In this document: positions 1 through 12,235 of the stretch, piece by piece
How positions within the stretch are numbered: the first letter of the stretch is position 1
How the letters are laid out: every line of letters begins with the position of its first letter
Assembly: GCA_963558395.1 (NCBI GenBank)
Contig: CAUWGE010000001.1
Span: 69,148-133,147 of the forward strand
DNA: 64,000 bases
Origin: an uncultured Clostridia bacterium
Lineage (GTDB): Bacteria; Bacillota; Clostridia; TANB77; CAG-508
Reading direction: 5' to 3'
Program-made: the position numbers and the translations under genes
Notes under the pieces: generated by a model
Told to the model about the DNA's origin: nothing
The model's input: only the letters and a program-made list of their open reading frames with translations
Database searches by the model: none

Positions 1-1954
1 GTTTTTTTCAAAAACAGACTTTACTTTTGGTAAAAGATAATGGCTTCCTCCTAAATCTTTTACATCTTCTACCATACTAACTATAAGCAGTCCTTCTTCA
101 TCAAATGCATTAAACCAGCCTATTTCTGTTCCATTTTTATCTTCCTGATTATCTTTTATTTCGGCTGTTCCAGTTTTTCCTGCTATCGTTTTTCCTTCTA
201 TTTTTGCTTCTTTTCCAGTTCCTTCTTCAACAACCTTTATTAAGTCTTCTTTTATTATATTCGCTATCTCTTCTGAAATTACTCCTTTTTTATAATAACT
301 GTTTTCTATTTCTTGGTTAACACTATTTGTTATATTTTCTTTAGTATTATTTTTATTTCTTTCTATATATGGTCTTACCATATTTCCTTTGTTTGCAAAA
401 CTTGAATACATCATAGCCATATGTATTGGATTTACTAGCAATTTATCTTGTCCATATCCACTATTTGCAATTTCTGCTTCACTGTTCATTTCTCCATATG
501 TAGATTTTTCCATATCTTGTACAAAGTCTATTTTACTATTAAATCCAAATTCGTCTAATCCCTTTTTCAAATTTGTTTTTCCAATCTTTAAAGCTGCTTT
601 TGCAAAATATATATTATCTGAATGTATTAAAGCATTTTGTAAATTTGCATTTCCTTCATATGTAGCCAAAGTAGTTACATATAAATTTCCCCAATTATTA
701 TTATTTTGCCATTTTGTCCCGCTTCTTCCAAAGTCTTCGTCTTTAGTAAAGGTATTTGTCTTAAGCCCTATTGCCCCAACAATTGGCTTTAGCGAAGAGC
801 CCGGTGCATATGTTCCTAAATATCTATTATACATTGGCTTTTCTTCGTCATTTTGAATTTCGTTCCATTCTTCATTAGTAACTCCCAATGCCATATCATT
901 TGCATCATATGATGGTGTGCTAACTAATGCTAAAACTTCCCCTGTATTATAGTTTAAAACAACTGATGCACCACTATCTTCTTTGAATTGTTCATATATT
1001 TCTTTTTGCAATTTAGCATCTATTGTTGTTTTAATATTTTCTCCATTTTTAGCATCTTTTTTAGCAATAGTTTTAATTTTATTTCCATTTTCATCTGATA
1101 TATATATTTCAGTTCCATCATATCCTTTAAGTCTATCATTATATGCATATTCTAGCCCAGTTTTTCCCTCTCCTTCTTGTGCATACCCTGTTAAAATTGA
1201 AGTAGCTTCCTTATATGGATATACTCTCTCTTTTTCATCTATAATTAAAATTCCTTTTACTTTTAAAAGTTTATTTTTTAGTTCTTGTTCATCTTTAGAT
1301 ATTTTTCTAAGTGGTACGAAAGTATCTTCTTTTACATAGTCTGCATTTAATGCCTTATCTATTGATTCCTTACTTAAATTTAATAGCTCTGCAAGCTCTT
1401 CTAAATTAGTAGTTTCGCTTATACTCTTAGGAACCAGACCCACAGAATATACCTCTCCATCTTTTGCAATAGCAATATCATTTTTATCATATATTCCGTC
1501 CTCTAGTACTTTTAATATTTGAAACTCTTACCTTATACTCATTTTTTAGTTCTGAAAAAATTGCCGATGAATCCCATACTATTTTGTACTTTCCATCTAC
1601 ATTTTTCATTTTTAAAGAATTCATAAAATTTACATTTCCAGCAATTGTATCCATTGAATTATTAAAAGTTAATACTAGTTCTTCTTTTCCTTCTTCTTGC
1701 TTTGAATTACTTAGTACAGTTGCACCTATATTTTTTGCTTCTATTCCTTCATAAATATTTTTTACTCTTGAAATAAAATCTTCTTTTGAATAATCTGTTA
1801 AAACATAATTATACATTTCCTCATAATCTTTTTTATTTAAACATTCCATATATTCTTTTAAGCAAATTGAAGGTTCCGTTTTATTTGTCATATAAATAAA
1901 TGCTATGCCTCCTAGTACTAATAAAATAATTAATATCAAAAATATTTTTTTCAT
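1..1954 (-). pseudogene. class B penicillin-binding protein (signal anchor + NTF2-like MecA_N-type domain + transpeptidase); 3' end runs off the window; frame broken at CGG 1496-1498
   Basis: ORF 1487..1954 encodes a TM anchor and NTF2-like domain ending ...STRGRNI*. The +1 frame, open from ~1578 to position 1, continues G-IYDKNDIAIAKDGEVYSVG... It carries SSLK (SxxK), HSDN (SxN) and KTGT (166-177) motifs and GWFNAF near the edge. Skipping the C of CGG restores an RGxIYD block. Confidence 0.8.
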
Positions 1955-2160
1955 AAGAATTAAATTCCTTTCTTATTTTACTAAAAAGGTTCATATTGCT
2001 AGAACAAAAGCGGGCTTTTTAAATTTTTTTATTATTCTAAATTTATACCGCCCGCGTCTTTGTTCGTGTGCCAATTTTTCAAAATTAATACTCTCATTTT
2101 TATGAGAGTATTTTATAATATTATTTATTTTTTTTCAAGATACCATTTTGCTTTATATAT

Positions 2161-2886
2161 TTAATCTAAGCCAATAATTTCTTTTGCTCTTTTTATATCT
2201 TTATTACTTGCAACTCTTACATTTTCTAGTTCATAGTCAAGATTTAATTTTTTCCATTTATATTTTCCCAGGTCATGGTATGGCAAAAATTCAAATTTTT
2301 CTACTTCTAATTCATTTAATAATTCTTTTAGTTTAAGTAAGTCTTCTTTTTTATCTGTTATTCCCGGAATTAGTACTTGTCTTATCCATATTCTTTTTTT
2401 CTTTTCATTTATATATCTTGCAAATTCTATTTCTTTTTGGTTTGACATGCTAGTAAGCCATTTACATGTTTCATCATTTATAGCTTTTATATCTAGTAAA
2501 AATACATCTGTTAAATCTATAATTTGAGCTAGCTTGTCTGTAATAGTAAACATTCCTGATGTGTCTAAACAAGTAGATATATTATGCATTTTTAATTCTT
2601 TAAATAATGCTAATACAAAGTCTTGTTGAAGAAGTGGCTCTCCTCCACTTACTGTAACCCCTCCTCCTGATGACACAATATAATTTTTATATCTTAAAAC
2701 TTTATTTACTACTTCTTCTACTGTATATTCAGTTCCCATGTTAATATCCCATGTGTCTCTGTTTTGACAATACTTACATTTAAGGTGACATCCTTGCATA
2801 AATATTACGAACCTAATTCCTGGTCCATCAACTGCACCTAAACTTTCAAATGAATGAATTCTCCCTCTTACATTTATATTTTCCAT
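2161..2886 (-). CDS. pflA: pyruvate formate-lyase activating enzyme (radical SAM)
   Basis: 241 aa with a CHLKCKYC (CxxxCxxC) cluster near the N-terminus. Lies immediately downstream of pflB. Confidence 0.93.
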   Translation of the reverse strand: MENINVRGRIHSFESLGAVDGPGIRFVIFMQGCHLKCKYCQNRDTWDINMGTEYTVEEVVNKVLRYKNYIVSSGGGVTVSGGEPLLQQDFVLALFKELKMHNISTCLDTSGMFTITDKLAQIIDLTDVFLLDIKAINDETCKWLTSMSNQKEIEFARYINEKKKRIWIRQVLIPGITDKKEDLLKLKELLNELEVEKFEFLPYHDLGKYKWKKLNLDYELENVRVASNKDIKRAKEIIGLD

Positions 2887-2895
2887 TATACCTCT

Positions 2896-5130
2896 TTATA
2901 TTTTTTCTTGTATTGTTCTTGAAATAACTTCTTCTTGTTGCTCTTTTGTAAGTTTTACAAAGTTTACAGCATATCCAGATACTCTTATTGTTAGATTTGG
3001 ATAATTTTCTGGATGATTCATTGCATCTATTAATAAACTTCTATCAAAAACGTTAACATTTATATGATGACCTGTTTGCATAAAGTATCCATCTAACATG
3101 CCGATTAAGTTTTTTACTCTTTCTTCTTCATCATGACCTAGTGTATTAGGTGTTATTGCAAATGTATATGAAATTCCATCTTCTGAATATTCATATGGAA
3201 GCTTTGCAACTGAGTTCATTGAAGCAAGTGCTCCTGCTTCATCTCTTCCGTGCATTGGATTTGCTCCTGGTGCAAATGCTACACCTGCTTTTCTTCCATC
3301 AGGTGTGCTACCTGTATTTTTTCCATAAACAACATTTGAAGTAATCGTTAATATAGAAAGTGTTGGGTCTGCTTTTCTATACATTTGATGTTTTTCGATT
3401 TTTTTCATAAACCTTTTAACTAAGTCTACTCCTATTTCATCTACTCTATCATCATCATTTCCATACTTAGGGAAATCTCCTTCTACTTCATAGTCTACTG
3501 CTAGTCCTTCTTCATTTCTAATAACTTTTACTTTGGCATATTTTATTGCTGAAAGTGAATCAACTACAACAGAAAATCCAGCAATACCGCAAGCCATTGT
3601 TCTTCTTATTTTTCTATCATGAAGAGCCATTTCTAAAGCTTCATATGAATATTTGTCATGCATATAATGGATTGCATTTAATGCTTTTATATATATTTTT
3701 GCAACATAGTCCATCATTTGATCATATTTTTCCATTACTTCATTATAGTCTAAATATTCTGAAGTAATTGGTTCATATTTAGGTGCGATTTGCTTTCCTG
3801 TTAGTTCATCCTTTCCTCCATTTATTGCATAAAGCAAAGTTTTTGCTAAGTTTGCTCTTGCACCAAAGAATTGCATTTGCTTTCCTATTTTCATTGCAGA
3901 AACACAGCAAGCAATTCCATAATCATCTCCCAAAGTAATCCTCATTAAATCATCATTTTCATATTGTATTGAAGAAGTCTTTATTGAGATTTTTGCACAG
4001 TAAGATTTAAATCCTTCTGGTAAATTTTTAGACCAAAGTACAGTGATATTTGGTTCTGGTGCTGGCCCTAAATCTTCTAAAGTACGAAGAAGTCTAAAAG
4101 AATTTTTTGTAACTAATGTTCTTCCATCAATCCCCATTCCTCCTATACTTTCTGTTACCCATACAGGATCTCCACTAAATAATGCATTATATTCTGGTGC
4201 ACGTAAAAATCTTACCATTCTTAATTTTAGTACAAATTGATCCATAAGTTCTTGTGCGAATTCTTCACTTATCTCGCCATTTTTCAAGTCTCTTTCCACA
4301 TAAATATCCAAAAATGTTGAAACTCTTCCTAAACTCATTGCAGCACCATTTTGGTCCTTTATTGCACCTAAATATGCAAAATATGTCCATTGGAATGCTT
4401 CATGTGCATTTTTTGCTGGTACAGATATATCATATCCGTATTTTTTTGCCATTTCCTTCAAGTCTTTTAGTGCACATATTTGATCACTAATTTCTTCACG
4501 GTCACGTATTACTTCTTCTGTAAATTCGTCTGTATTTAGAATTTCTAATTCATCTTGTTTTTCTTCTATAAGCTTGTCTACTCCATAAAGAGCTACTCTT
4601 CTGTAATCACCTATAATTCGTCCACGTCCATATCCATCTGGTAAACCTGTAATTAAATGTGAACTTCTTGCTGCTCTTATGTCTTTTGTATATACTGCAA
4701 ACACTCCATCATTATGAGTCTTTCTTAAATTATGGTATATATATGCTGTTTCGTCATCTACTTTGTATCCATATGCTTCACAAGATTTTTCTACAATTCT
4801 TATTCCTCCATTTGGCATTATTGCTCTTTTTAATGGACTATCTGTCTGAAGTCCAACTATTAGCTCTAAATCCTTATCTACATATCCTGCATCATATGCA
4901 TTTATACTTGATGGTGTTTTAGTATCTACATCTAAAACTCCATTTTCTCTTTCTACTTTATATAATTCTTGAATTTTGTTCCATAGTTTTGTACTTCTTT
5001 CTGTAACATTTGCTAAGAAACTCTCATCTCCATCATATACAGTATAGTTTTCCTGAATAAAGTCTCTTACATCTATCTCTTTGGTCCATTCGCCTTGTTT
5101 ATTAAAGCCTTCCCATTCTTTAAAATCCAT
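2896..5130 (-). CDS. pflB: formate C-acetyltransferase (pyruvate formate-lyase)
   Basis: 744 aa with the IACCVSAM active-site Cys pair and the C-terminal glycyl-radical motif [11 protein letters not shown]. Confidence 0.96.
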   Translation of the reverse strand: MDFKEWEGFNKQGEWTKEIDVRDFIQENYTVYDGDESFLANVTERSTKLWNKIQELYKVERENGVLDVDTKTPSSINAYDAGYVDKDLELIVGLQTDSPLKRAIMPNGGIRIVEKSCEAYGYKVDDETAYIYHNLRKTHNDGVFAVYTKDIRAARSSHLITGLPDGYGRGRIIGDYRRVALYGVDKLIEEKQDELEILNTDEFTEEVIRDREEISDQICALKDLKEMAKKYGYDISVPAKNAHEAFQWTYFAYLGAIKDQNGAAMSLGRVSTFLDIYVERDLKNGEISEEFAQELMDQFVLKLRMVRFLRAPEYNALFSGDPVWVTESIGGMGIDGRTLVTKNSFRLLRTLEDLGPAPEPNITVLWSKNLPEGFKSYCAKISIKTSSIQYENDDLMRITLGDDYGIACCVSAMKIGKQMQFFGARANLAKTLLYAINGGKDELTGKQIAPKYEPITSEYLDYNEVMEKYDQMMDYVAKIYIKALNAIHYMHDKYSYEALEMALHDRKIRRTMACGIAGFSVVVDSLSAIKYAKVKVIRNEEGLAVDYEVEGDFPKYGNDDDRVDEIGVDLVKRFMKKIEKHQMYRKADPTLSILTITSNVVYGKNTGSTPDGRKAGVAFAPGANPMHGRDEAGALASMNSVAKLPYEYSEDGISYTFAITPNTLGHDEEERVKNLIGMLDGYFMQTGHHINVNVFDRSLLIDAMNHPENYPNLTIRVSGYAVNFVKLTKEQQEEVISRTIQEKI

Positions 5131-5239
5131 ATAAATATATCCTCCTTTAGTAAAATATTTCTCCCGAATATCTTATCATAACAAGTGCTTATTATCAACA
5201 AATTTCTACAAAATATTCGTGATGAAATTGTAAATTTTT

Positions 5240-6451
5240 TTACCTGTAAAATCTAATTTTAAAAGTTGTACCTTCTCCTAATTTTGAAAAACATTTTATT
5301 GTTGCATTTTGTTTTTCTAAAATTGTTTTTGCTAATGATAATCCTATTCCAAAACTATTCTCACTTGAATTTTCACCTTTGTAAAATCTTTCAAAAATAT
5401 GTTTCAAATCTTTTTCGCTAATTCCTGTTCCTTCATCTGAAATATTTAGTTCTATATAAAGCTCTGAATTTTTAATTTCTATATAAATATTTTTCCCCAT
5501 ACCTGTATGTTCTATACAGTTTTTAACTATATTAGTTATAGCTTCTAAAGTCCACTTATAATCACCTGTAACTAAACTCTTTTCTTTAGCTTCTATTACT
5601 ATTTTTTGTTCTTTAATTTCTAATGGAATTTCTAAATTTTTAATTGTTTCTTTTGCAAGCATTACTAAATCATATTTTTCATTTTCAAATTCTATTGCAT
5701 TTGCATCTAATTTTGACAATTTTAATAATGATATTACTAAAAAATTAATTTGTTCAATCTGCCTACTTATTTCAAATAAAAACTTTTTTCTTGTTTCTAC
5801 ATCCATATTTTCATTTTCTTTTATTTCGTCAAGCATTATTGATATAGATGTAAGAGGAGTTTTTATTTGATGTGAAATATCTCCAAGACTTCTTGCTAAT
5901 CCTATTTTTTCCTTTTGTGCATTTTCCGCTTCTTCTTTAAGCATTATTGTTATTTTATATAATTCATTTCTTAGTTTTGAAAACATATCATCTGTATTAT
6001 CTTCAATTTTTAAACTGTAATTCTTTTTATTTATTTCTTCTATATATTCTATTATTTTATCTATTTTTGCTTTCTTCTTTTTTCCTTGTATAAAAACACC
6101 TATAAGTACTATGATAAAAATTATAATTACCACAATTATATTTTGAATAATTATTTTTTCATGTTCTTCTTCTAAGTCTAATATTATAGAATCATCTAAA
6201 CTTATGCCATATCTTTTTACTAATTCTTTTCCCTTTTCTTTTTCATTATTATTTCCATCTAATATTTCCTTTATTTCTTCATCTTTTATGTATGGATAAT
6301 TTTCTTTTATTTCACTTATTACTCCCAAGATAGAATCATTATATTTTGACACATATCTTTTATATGAGTAGTTTGTGTTAATTATTACAATTACAAGTAC
6401 TGCTGAAAAAAGCAAACTTAGGCCTACTATAATTTTCTTTTTATTCATCAT
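5240..6451 (-). CDS. membrane sensor histidine kinase
   Basis: Two TM segments, H-box SHQIKTPLTSI and a C-terminal HATPase region (DEGTGI, GIGLSLAK). Overlaps the upstream response regulator gene. Confidence 0.88.
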   Translation of the reverse strand: MMNKKKIIVGLSLLFSAVLVIVIINTNYSYKRYVSKYNDSILGVISEIKENYPYIKDEEIKEILDGNNNEKEKGKELVKRYGISLDDSIILDLEEEHEKIIIQNIIVVIIIFIIVLIGVFIQGKKKKAKIDKIIEYIEEINKKNYSLKIEDNTDDMFSKLRNELYKITIMLKEEAENAQKEKIGLARSLGDISHQIKTPLTSISIMLDEIKENENMDVETRKKFLFEISRQIEQINFLVISLLKLSKLDANAIEFENEKYDLVMLAKETIKNLEIPLEIKEQKIVIEAKEKSLVTGDYKWTLEAITNIVKNCIEHTGMGKNIYIEIKNSELYIELNISDEGTGISEKDLKHIFERFYKGENSSENSFGIGLSLAKTILEKQNATIKCFSKLGEGTTFKIRFYR

Positions 6452-7103
6452 CTACTCTATACCCTTCTCCTCTTACTGTTTTTATAATCTCCCCCTTTGA
6501 ATCTCCTATTTTTTCTCTAATTCTTTTAATATATACTGTTAAAGTATTATCATTTACAAAATTCCCTGCAACATCCCAGATTCTATCTAAGATCATATCT
6601 CTTGAAATTAATCTATTTTTATTTGAAAATAACATTAATAAAATTTTATATTCCAAACTAGTTAGTTCAACAATTTTTCCATTAGAGCTGACTTCTGTTT
6701 TTTCTGTGTCAATTTTTACTCCTTTACATGAAACTACACTACTTGCCATTTTATTGTACCTTCTAAGGACTACTTTTATTCTCGAAATAAGCTCTCTTAA
6801 TCTAAATGGCTTTACAATGTAATCTTCTGCACCTAAATCTAATCCTTGTACAATATCCTTTTCCTCATCTTTCGCAGTCAAAAATATTATTGGAATATTT
6901 CCTTTTTTCTTTATTTCTTTAAATAAAGTATGTCCATTTCCATCTGGCAAAGTAATATCTAATAACACTAAATCATAGTTTTCTTGGTCTCTTGCTTCTT
7001 TTAAATTTCTAGCTAGTAATACGTTAAATCCTTCTTGTTTTAGTGAATATTCTAATCCCATTATAATTGATTCATTATCTTCTACTAATAAAATTGTATT
7101 CAT
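6441..7103 (-). CDS. OmpR-family response regulator
   Basis: Receiver domain (ILLVEDNE, LLDITLPDG) plus a winged-helix C-terminus (TVRGEGYR). The tracked ORF extends to 7127. The ATG at 7103 has a GAGGT RBS about 8 nt upstream and gives the normal MNTILLVEDN start. Confidence 0.88.
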   Translation of the reverse strand: MNTILLVEDNESIIMGLEYSLKQEGFNVLLARNLKEARDQENYDLVLLDITLPDGNGHTLFKEIKKKGNIPIIFLTAKDEEKDIVQGLDLGAEDYIVKPFRLRELISRIKVVLRRYNKMASSVVSCKGVKIDTEKTEVSSNGKIVELTSLEYKILLMLFSNKNRLISRDMILDRIWDVAGNFVNDNTLTVYIKRIREKIGDSKGEIIKTVRGEGYRVDDE

Positions 7104-7197
7104 ATATTTATACCTCAAATGTTTCAAAAGCTAAGTATTATGAAGCTATGGCTTTTTCCATCTTCAGTTTAACTTAGCTTTTGCTTAATTTATTTAA

Positions 7198-8496
7198 TTA
7201 TGCTGTTTCCTTTTCTTCTGTTTTATGTCTTTTTGTTTTTTTGCTTTTTTCTTTCTTGTTTTCGTCTATAATAAGTTCTGGCTTTCCTGTCCCATCAACC
7301 GTTTCTTTAGTAATTGTACATTTTACAATTTGTGGGTTTGATGGAATTTCATACATAACATCTCTCATAGTTTCTTCCATTATAGAACGTAGTCCTCTTG
7401 CACCTGTTTTTCTTTCCATTGCTTTATCTACAATTGCATTTAAGGCGTCATTACTAAACTCTAATTCTACATCATCTAAGGCCATTAATTTCTTATATTG
7501 CTTTATTAATGCATTTTTTGGCTTCGACATTATTTCTATTAGAGCATCTCTATCAAGCTCTTTTAGTGTTGCAATTATTGGAAGTCTTCCTACAAATTCT
7601 GGTATTAAACCAAACTTTAATAAATCTTGTGGTAGCATTTGACCATAAATTTTGTATTTATCAATTTCTTTTGCACTTTGTATTTCAGTTCCAAATCCTA
7701 TTGCCTTTTGACCAATACGTTCTCCTATAATTTTATCGAGTCCTTCAAAAGCACCTCCGCAAATAAATAGAATATTTGCTGTATTTATTTGTATAAATTC
7801 TTGATGTGGATGCTTTCTTCCTCCTTGTGGTGGAACTGATGCTACTGTTCCTTCGACAATCTTTAATAAGGCTTGTTGAACACCTTCTCCACTAACGTCT
7901 CTTGTTATTGATGGATTTTCAGACTTTCTCGAAATTTTGTCTATTTCATCTATATATATAATTCCTTTTTCTGCTTTTGATACATCATAGTCTGCTGCTT
8001 GGATAAGTTTTAGAAGAATATTTTCTACATCTTCTCCTACATATCCCGCTTCTGTTAAAGTTGTAGCATCTGCAATTGCAAATGGAACTTTTAGAATTTT
8101 AGCAAGTGTTTGAGCTAAAAAAGTTTTTCCACAGCCTGTTGGTCCAAGTAAAAGTACATTACTTTTTTGAATTTCAACATCATCTGCTTCTTGCTCTTCA
8201 TTATTAATACGTTTATAATGATTGTATACTGCAACAGACAATGTTTTTTTGGCTTCTTCTTGCCCTATTACATATTCATCCAATACTTTTCTTATTTCTT
8301 CTGGTGTTGGAAGTTTTTCATCTTCATTTAAAGTATATCTTTCTTCCTCTATAAAATTACCTTCTTCTATAATTTCATTACATACTTGTATACATTCATT
8401 ACAAATATATGCACCTGGCCCTATAATCATTTTGCGTACACTTTCTTCTGTTTTTCCACAAAATGAGCATCTTACGCTTTGAGTCTTCTTTGACAT
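7198..8496 (-). CDS. clpX: ATP-dependent Clp protease ATP-binding subunit ClpX
   Basis: N-terminal C4 zinc finger (CSFCGK...CNEC), Walker A GPTGCGKT and tig-clpP-clpX synteny. Has a Lys-rich C-terminal tail. Confidence 0.96.
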   Translation of the reverse strand: MSKKTQSVRCSFCGKTEESVRKMIIGPGAYICNECIQVCNEIIEEGNFIEEERYTLNEDEKLPTPEEIRKVLDEYVIGQEEAKKTLSVAVYNHYKRINNEEQEADDVEIQKSNVLLLGPTGCGKTFLAQTLAKILKVPFAIADATTLTEAGYVGEDVENILLKLIQAADYDVSKAEKGIIYIDEIDKISRKSENPSITRDVSGEGVQQALLKIVEGTVASVPPQGGRKHPHQEFIQINTANILFICGGAFEGLDKIIGERIGQKAIGFGTEIQSAKEIDKYKIYGQMLPQDLLKFGLIPEFVGRLPIIATLKELDRDALIEIMSKPKNALIKQYKKLMALDDVELEFSNDALNAIVDKAMERKTGARGLRSIMEETMRDVMYEIPSNPQIVKCTITKETVDGTGKPELIIDENKKEKSKKTKRHKTEEKETA

Positions 8497-8517
8497 CTAT
8501 AATCTCCCTTTCACTAA

Positions 8518-9132
8518 TTATTTTCTTTTGTCCATAATTCCATCTATTAGTCCATATTTTAAAGCTTCTTCTGCTGTCATATAGTGATCTCTTTCTGTAT
8601 CTCTTTCTATAACATCAAGTGGTTGACCTGTTCTTTCACTTAAAATTTTATTTAATTTTTCTCTTGTTTTTATCATTTGATCTGCATGAATTTTTATTTC
8701 TGTTGCTTGACCAGAAATACCTCCACCTTGACCTCCAATTAATGGTTGGTGAATTAGAATTTCTGAATTAGGTGTTGCAAATCTCTTTCCCTTTTCTCCA
8801 GAAGCAAGTAAAACTGCACCCATACTTGCTGCCATTCCTATACAAATTGTTGTTACTGGACATTTTATATAATTTATTGTATCTACAATTCCTAGTCCAT
8901 CTGTAACAGAGCCTCCTGGTGAATTTATATATAAAGATATTTCCTTATCTGGATCCTCTGACTCTAAAAATAGCATTTGTGCTATTACTAAACTTGCAGA
9001 GGCAGAATTAACATCCTCGCTTAAAAATATTATTCTATCTTTTAATAATCTTGAGAAAATATCATAAGATCTTTCTCCTCTTGCTGATTGTTCAATTACA
9101 TATGGTACTAAACTGTCTTTAAATTCTTTCAT
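8518..9132 (-). CDS. clpP: ATP-dependent Clp protease proteolytic subunit
   Basis: 204 aa with a typical ClpP core (GMAASMGA with the catalytic Ser, IHQP). Confidence 0.96.
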   Translation of the reverse strand: MKEFKDSLVPYVIEQSARGERSYDIFSRLLKDRIIFLSEDVNSASASLVIAQMLFLESEDPDKEISLYINSPGGSVTDGLGIVDTINYIKCPVTTICIGMAASMGAVLLASGEKGKRFATPNSEILIHQPLIGGQGGGISGQATEIKIHADQMIKTREKLNKILSERTGQPLDVIERDTERDHYMTAEEALKYGLIDGIMDKRK

Positions 9133-9230
9133 ATTATACTCAATCCTTTCATATTAATACTTACATATTATATATATTTTTTTTAGATATATCAACCTTT
9201 TATTCAAAAAAAGTTGATAATTAGAAATTA

Positions 9231-9259
9231 AAGGGGGCAAAATCTTCATATGCCCCCTT
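9231..9259 (-). terminator. intrinsic terminator after tig
   Basis: The 9-bp GC-rich stem aagggggca / tgccccctt lies 24 nt downstream of the tig stop and is followed by a U-rich tract on the minus strand. Confidence 0.6.
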
Positions 9260-9282
9260 ATTTATTACATTTATTGCTACAA

Positions 9283-10572
9283 TTATTTTTTAGATATTTT
9301 TGCATTTTTTACAATTAGTTCTACTGCTTTTTCTGTTTTTGAAGATTCTGCTAAGTATGATTTTAATTCCTCATTCTTTTCTAATTCTTCTACTTTTCTG
9401 TTATATTGTTTTGCCATTTCTTCTAATTTTTCTTTTATATATTTTTCATCTGCTTCAATTTTTTCTTCTACAATTATTTGATCAAGCACTAATCTAGATT
9501 TAACATTTTTTTCTGCTTGTTCTTTATAATCTTCTCTTAGGCTTTCTTCTGTTTTACCCATCATTTTTAAATATTGGTCTAATTTTAGTCCTTGATAGCT
9601 AAGTCTTTGTGATATATTTTCTATCATATTATCTGTTTCAAGTTCAATCATTCCTGCTGGAATATCAATTTTTGTATTTTCGCAAACTGCTTCTACTGCT
9701 GCGTCTTCTGTTTCATGTTTTGCTCTTTCAGCATTTACTTTTTCTTGTTTTTCTCTAATGTCTTTCTTTAATTCCTCTAGAGTGTCAAATTCACTAACAT
9801 CTTTTGCAAATTCGTCATCTAATTTTGGAAGTTCTTTTTCTTTTATTCCATTTAATTTAATATGGAATACTGCATCTTTTCCTGCTAATTCTTTTGAGAA
9901 GTAGTCTTCTGGGAATTTTACATTTATGTCTTTTTCTTCTCCTAAATTTATTCCAACTAATTGTTCTTCAAATCCAGGAATAAATGTATGACTTCCTATT
10001 GTAAGTTCATGATTTTCAGCTTTTCCACCCTCAAAAGGAACTCCATTTACAAATCCTTCAAAATCTATTGTAACTATATCTTGTTCTTTTGCAGGTCTAT
10101 TTTCAACAGTAACAACTCTTGAATTATGTTCAGCCATATGCTCTAATTCATGGTTAACATCTTCATCTGTTACTTTACATTCTATTTTCTTTAATGGAAT
10201 TTCTTTATATTTTCCCAATTTTACTTCTGGCTTTGTAGCAACTATTGCTGTAAATATTAAATCTTTTCCTTTTTCCATTTGAACTATATCTATATGTGGT
10301 TTTCCAACAGCATCTATATCATTTGCTTTAATTTCTTCATCATATATTTCTGGTACTAATTCATTAAATGCATCTTCATAGAACATTTCTGCACCATAAT
10401 ATCTTTCAACAATTTTAAAAGGTGCTTTTCCCTTTCTAAAACCTGGAATATTAAAGTATTTTGCATTTTCATTATATACTTTAATTATAGCATCTTCAAA
10501 CTTTTTAGATTCTACTGTAAATGTTAATTTTATTTCATTTTTATTCTCTGTTTTTTCTTGTTTTAAACTCAT
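9283..10572 (-). CDS. tig: trigger factor
   Basis: 429 aa with the ribosome-binding motif GFRKGKAP near the N-terminus and a central FKBP-type PPIase region. Confidence 0.95.
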   Translation of the reverse strand: MSLKQEKTENKNEIKLTFTVESKKFEDAIIKVYNENAKYFNIPGFRKGKAPFKIVERYYGAEMFYEDAFNELVPEIYDEEIKANDIDAVGKPHIDIVQMEKGKDLIFTAIVATKPEVKLGKYKEIPLKKIECKVTDEDVNHELEHMAEHNSRVVTVENRPAKEQDIVTIDFEGFVNGVPFEGGKAENHELTIGSHTFIPGFEEQLVGINLGEEKDINVKFPEDYFSKELAGKDAVFHIKLNGIKEKELPKLDDEFAKDVSEFDTLEELKKDIREKQEKVNAERAKHETEDAAVEAVCENTKIDIPAGMIELETDNMIENISQRLSYQGLKLDQYLKMMGKTEESLREDYKEQAEKNVKSRLVLDQIIVEEKIEADEKYIKEKLEEMAKQYNRKVEELEKNEELKSYLAESSKTEKAVELIVKNAKISKK

Positions 10573-10817
10573 GGTTAATCCTTCCTTTTCTCTTAAAATG
10601 CTTTATTATTATATCACATATTTTACATAAATCAATACTTTTAAAGAATTTTCTTTGTTTCTTAAGGTAAAACCTGTTTTTATTTCCTGTTTTAATATTT
10701 TAAATCAAATTTCTTTTTATTATCTATGAAACTTTTTGTTTATGAATAAAATTTTTATTTTCTCTATAATATAAAAATTAGGCTACTTTATTAGTATCCT
10801 AATTTTACATTTATCTT

Positions 10818-11705
10818 TTATTCGTTTATTGCATATTCACTTCTATCTGGTTCTGCAAAGATATCATCAGTAACACAGTTAAAGTTGTATTCATAATTTG
10901 ACGAAGTATTCTCATATTCTCGTCTTAATACAAGCCCAGTCGCTTTTTCGATAAAAATCCCCTCCGAATCTTTAAAATATCCTTTTATATAATAGCACTC
11001 CTTATCATTACATTTCTCACTTCTTACTGAGACAGTTGTACTATAAAACATTAATTGAGGCAAATTCATTACACCTAATTCATCAATCATATTTATTTCC
11101 ATAGAAAGTCCTGTATCTATTCTTAAAGTTTTCTCTCCATTATATTCTGTATAGACATTTGATGAACCTTCATATTTATATACATGTATTTTATTAATAT
11201 TGTTATCTTCTAACCTTGAAAATTCAATCTTTTCTTTGTTATCTTTTACATAGTAATCAACTAAATTGGCTCCACTCTCAGTAGTAGATACTATTCTTTC
11301 ATGATAGTTCGTGGCATTTAAATAAGCTTTGATTTTTGAACTTAGCGCTGAAAATATTATCATTTTTCTAACTGTACATAATGTAAAAACTAATATTAAA
11401 ATTAATACTATCCATAAAATAACATTTCTTACTTTATGTTTCTTTATTTTTGCTTTTTTAAAAGTTTTTCCATCAATTTCAGCATTTGTCTTTTTATTAT
11501 TTACTTTTTTGTCTTTAGCCTTTGAGGTTTCTTTTTTCACTGTTTCTGGTTTATTTTTTATTTTTGCATTTTCCTTTTTTTCTTTTATTTTTGCATCTGT
11601 TACTATCACTTTTTTGTTTGCATTATTACTTTTCTTTACTACTTTTTTCTCTTTGTTTGCTTTATTTTCAACTTTGTTTTTATTATTTTTTTCATCTGTT
11701 TCCAT
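10818..11705 (-). CDS. hypothetical membrane-anchored protein with Lys-rich N-terminal region
   Basis: 295 aa. About 95 aa of K/N-rich low complexity, one TM (ILWIVLILILVFTL) and a ~180 aa extracytoplasmic domain. No family recognised. Confidence 0.6.
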   Translation of the reverse strand: METDEKNNKNKVENKANKEKKVVKKSNNANKKVIVTDAKIKEKKENAKIKNKPETVKKETSKAKDKKVNNKKTNAEIDGKTFKKAKIKKHKVRNVILWIVLILILVFTLCTVRKMIIFSALSSKIKAYLNATNYHERIVSTTESGANLVDYYVKDNKEKIEFSRLEDNNINKIHVYKYEGSSNVYTEYNGEKTLRIDTGLSMEINMIDELGVMNLPQLMFYSTTVSVRSEKCNDKECYYIKGYFKDSEGIFIEKATGLVLRREYENTSSNYEYNFNCVTDDIFAEPDRSEYAINE

Positions 11706-11770
11706 ACCAGTCCCTCCTCATACATTTATATTAACGTTAATTTTTTTATTTGTCAAGAGAAAAAAATAGA

Positions 11771-11784
11771 GGGGCAAACGCCCC
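11771..11784 (-). terminator. GC hairpin terminator of the orphan ORF 11798..12187
   Basis: Minus strand reads ggggc-guuu-gcccc followed by ucuauuuuuu, starting 13 nt after the stop codon. Confidence 0.6.
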
Positions 11785-11797
11785 CCGTAAACAACAC

Positions 11798-12187
11798 TTA
11801 GAAGTTCACCGCATGCGTTGCAAGCATGCGCTCTTCCCACGCGGATTTTCTCTCAATTGTAATCCTGTCGAGAGCTTTCTTCTTTTCGATGGAGTTATCC
11901 ATTGAGATAATCTTGTTATCTTCAATCAGGAAATTATTGTACAATTCCTGAATCTGATTCCAACTCCCTTCGCAAAGCAGAATCTCTCTACAATGCACCA
12001 TTCCGGTCCATGCTTCGATTACTTGTTCCGGCCTAAGCCTACGATTTGCAACCGGCATCTCCGAAAAATCAATTGGAGAACCAAAGTCCTCTAATTTCTT
12101 TTTTAATACCATAAAGCCCTCATCGAGCTCTACATAGTAATATGTCCCCACAAGTGGAAGCTCCCGACAAATTTTAATTTTCTGCAT
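11798..12187 (-). CDS. orphan hypothetical protein, compositionally atypical (~40% GC or more)
   Basis: 129 aa ORF with an AAGGAGGA RBS. GC content is clearly above its flanks. Has its own promoter and terminator. No family recognised. Confidence 0.6.
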   Translation of the reverse strand: MQKIKICRELPLVGTYYYVELDEGFMVLKKKLEDFGSPIDFSEMPVANRRLRPEQVIEAWTGMVHCREILLCEGSWNQIQELYNNFLIEDNKIISMDNSIEKKKALDRITIERKSAWEERMLATHAVNF

Positions 12188-12235
12188 TTGAAATGTCCTC
12201 CTTAGTTTGTTGTTTTTACACTTAGTGTACTATAT

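Noticed and set aside
389-1339. Plus-strand ORFs 389..856 and 983..1339
   Set aside because: They are antisense shadows of the PBP gene. Their products are Phe/Ser/Ile-rich low complexity with no RBS, while the minus strand carries clear PBP motifs.
7181-8482. Plus-strand ORFs overlapping clpX (7181..7642, 7509..7730, 8222..8482)
   Set aside because: They are antisense to a strongly supported clpX. The same reasoning applies to all other tracked ORFs lying opposite long conserved genes, for example 3150-4922, 11329-11769, 17973-18998, 21587-22003, 24329-24889, 34962-35300, 49928-50929 and 57441-57842.
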